Positions 63,671-64,000 of a stretch of 64,000 nt of DNA are shown here, in pieces. The notes beneath the pieces were generated by a model, which saw only the letters and a program-made list of their open reading frames with translations, had not been told where the DNA came from and made no database searches. The number at the start of each line of letters is the position of its first letter. Position 1 is the stretch's first letter. The stretch comes from Eledone cirrhosa (taxonomy: Eukaryota), in assembly GCA_964016885.1 (NCBI GenBank), contig OZ024753.1, positions 31,496,001 to 31,560,000 of the forward strand. Reading direction: 5' to 3'. The translations under genes were made by a program, and so were the position numbers.

Positions 63671-64000
63671 TAATTCCTGTCGCTTATTTAATAGGATATC
63701 CTTAGATTTCATTATTTCAAATAGTTCTTGGGAACATAATCTACATTCATTTCTATTATTTTGATAAGGGGTGGCTCTTTTGAGCACACTCCAGGTCATA
63801 TCATATTCTATATTCTTATTTCTATAACTATTAATTTTTTCTGCTAGAGATGTTGTATTAGCCAGTGCGGCATTTTTAAAACTATGTTTGTGGGTATTAA
63901 ACCTTACCTTAAAATTGTTAGAAGTAGCTCCTATATATGAGCAAATAGAATCTTTAGTTTTAACTTTACATTTATAAACTATGTTGTTAACCAGACAATT
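63614..64000 (-). mobile_element. 3' end of a Penelope-like retroelement ORF: GIY-YIG endonuclease domain, frame open from the window edge to the stop
   Basis: Manual translation from 64000: NCLVNNIVYKCKVKTKDSICSYIGATSNNFKVRFNTHKHSFKN...TSLAEKI...DMTWSVL...CRLCSQE...LLNKRQELIILCNH. It has IVY/YIG motifs, the conserved R...H, and the C-terminal CxxC/LNxxxE/CxH of PLE endonucleases, with no internal stop. Confidence 0.85.

Overview
Very AT-rich, microsatellite-dense animal DNA, most likely an octopus or other coleoid cephalopod (inferred from the SINE families and repeat landscape, not proven). Nearly all long ORFs in the track are (TA)n/(TG)n artefacts. The only host coding sequence I recognise is one 112-bp internal exon (32059-32170, +) of a natriuretic-peptide-receptor-like membrane guanylate cyclase, so much of the window is probably intronic. 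Mobile DNA includes about 20 copies or fragments of a tRNA-derived SINE, RTE, CR1 and R4/Dong-like LINE fragments, an internally deleted mariner, a 46-bp minisatellite, and the open 3' end (GIY-YIG endonuclease) of a Penelope-like element (PLE) at the right edge. The most striking signal is at least six unrelated short sequence families next to (TA)n tracts that fold by eye into type I hammerhead ribozymes with palindromic stem III or loop III. Several sit in palindromic (inverted pseudo-LTR-like) insertions and show compensatory changes or core variants (U3:A8, U10.1-U11.1, a ~100-nt stem II). All folds were read manually and no activity is shown.
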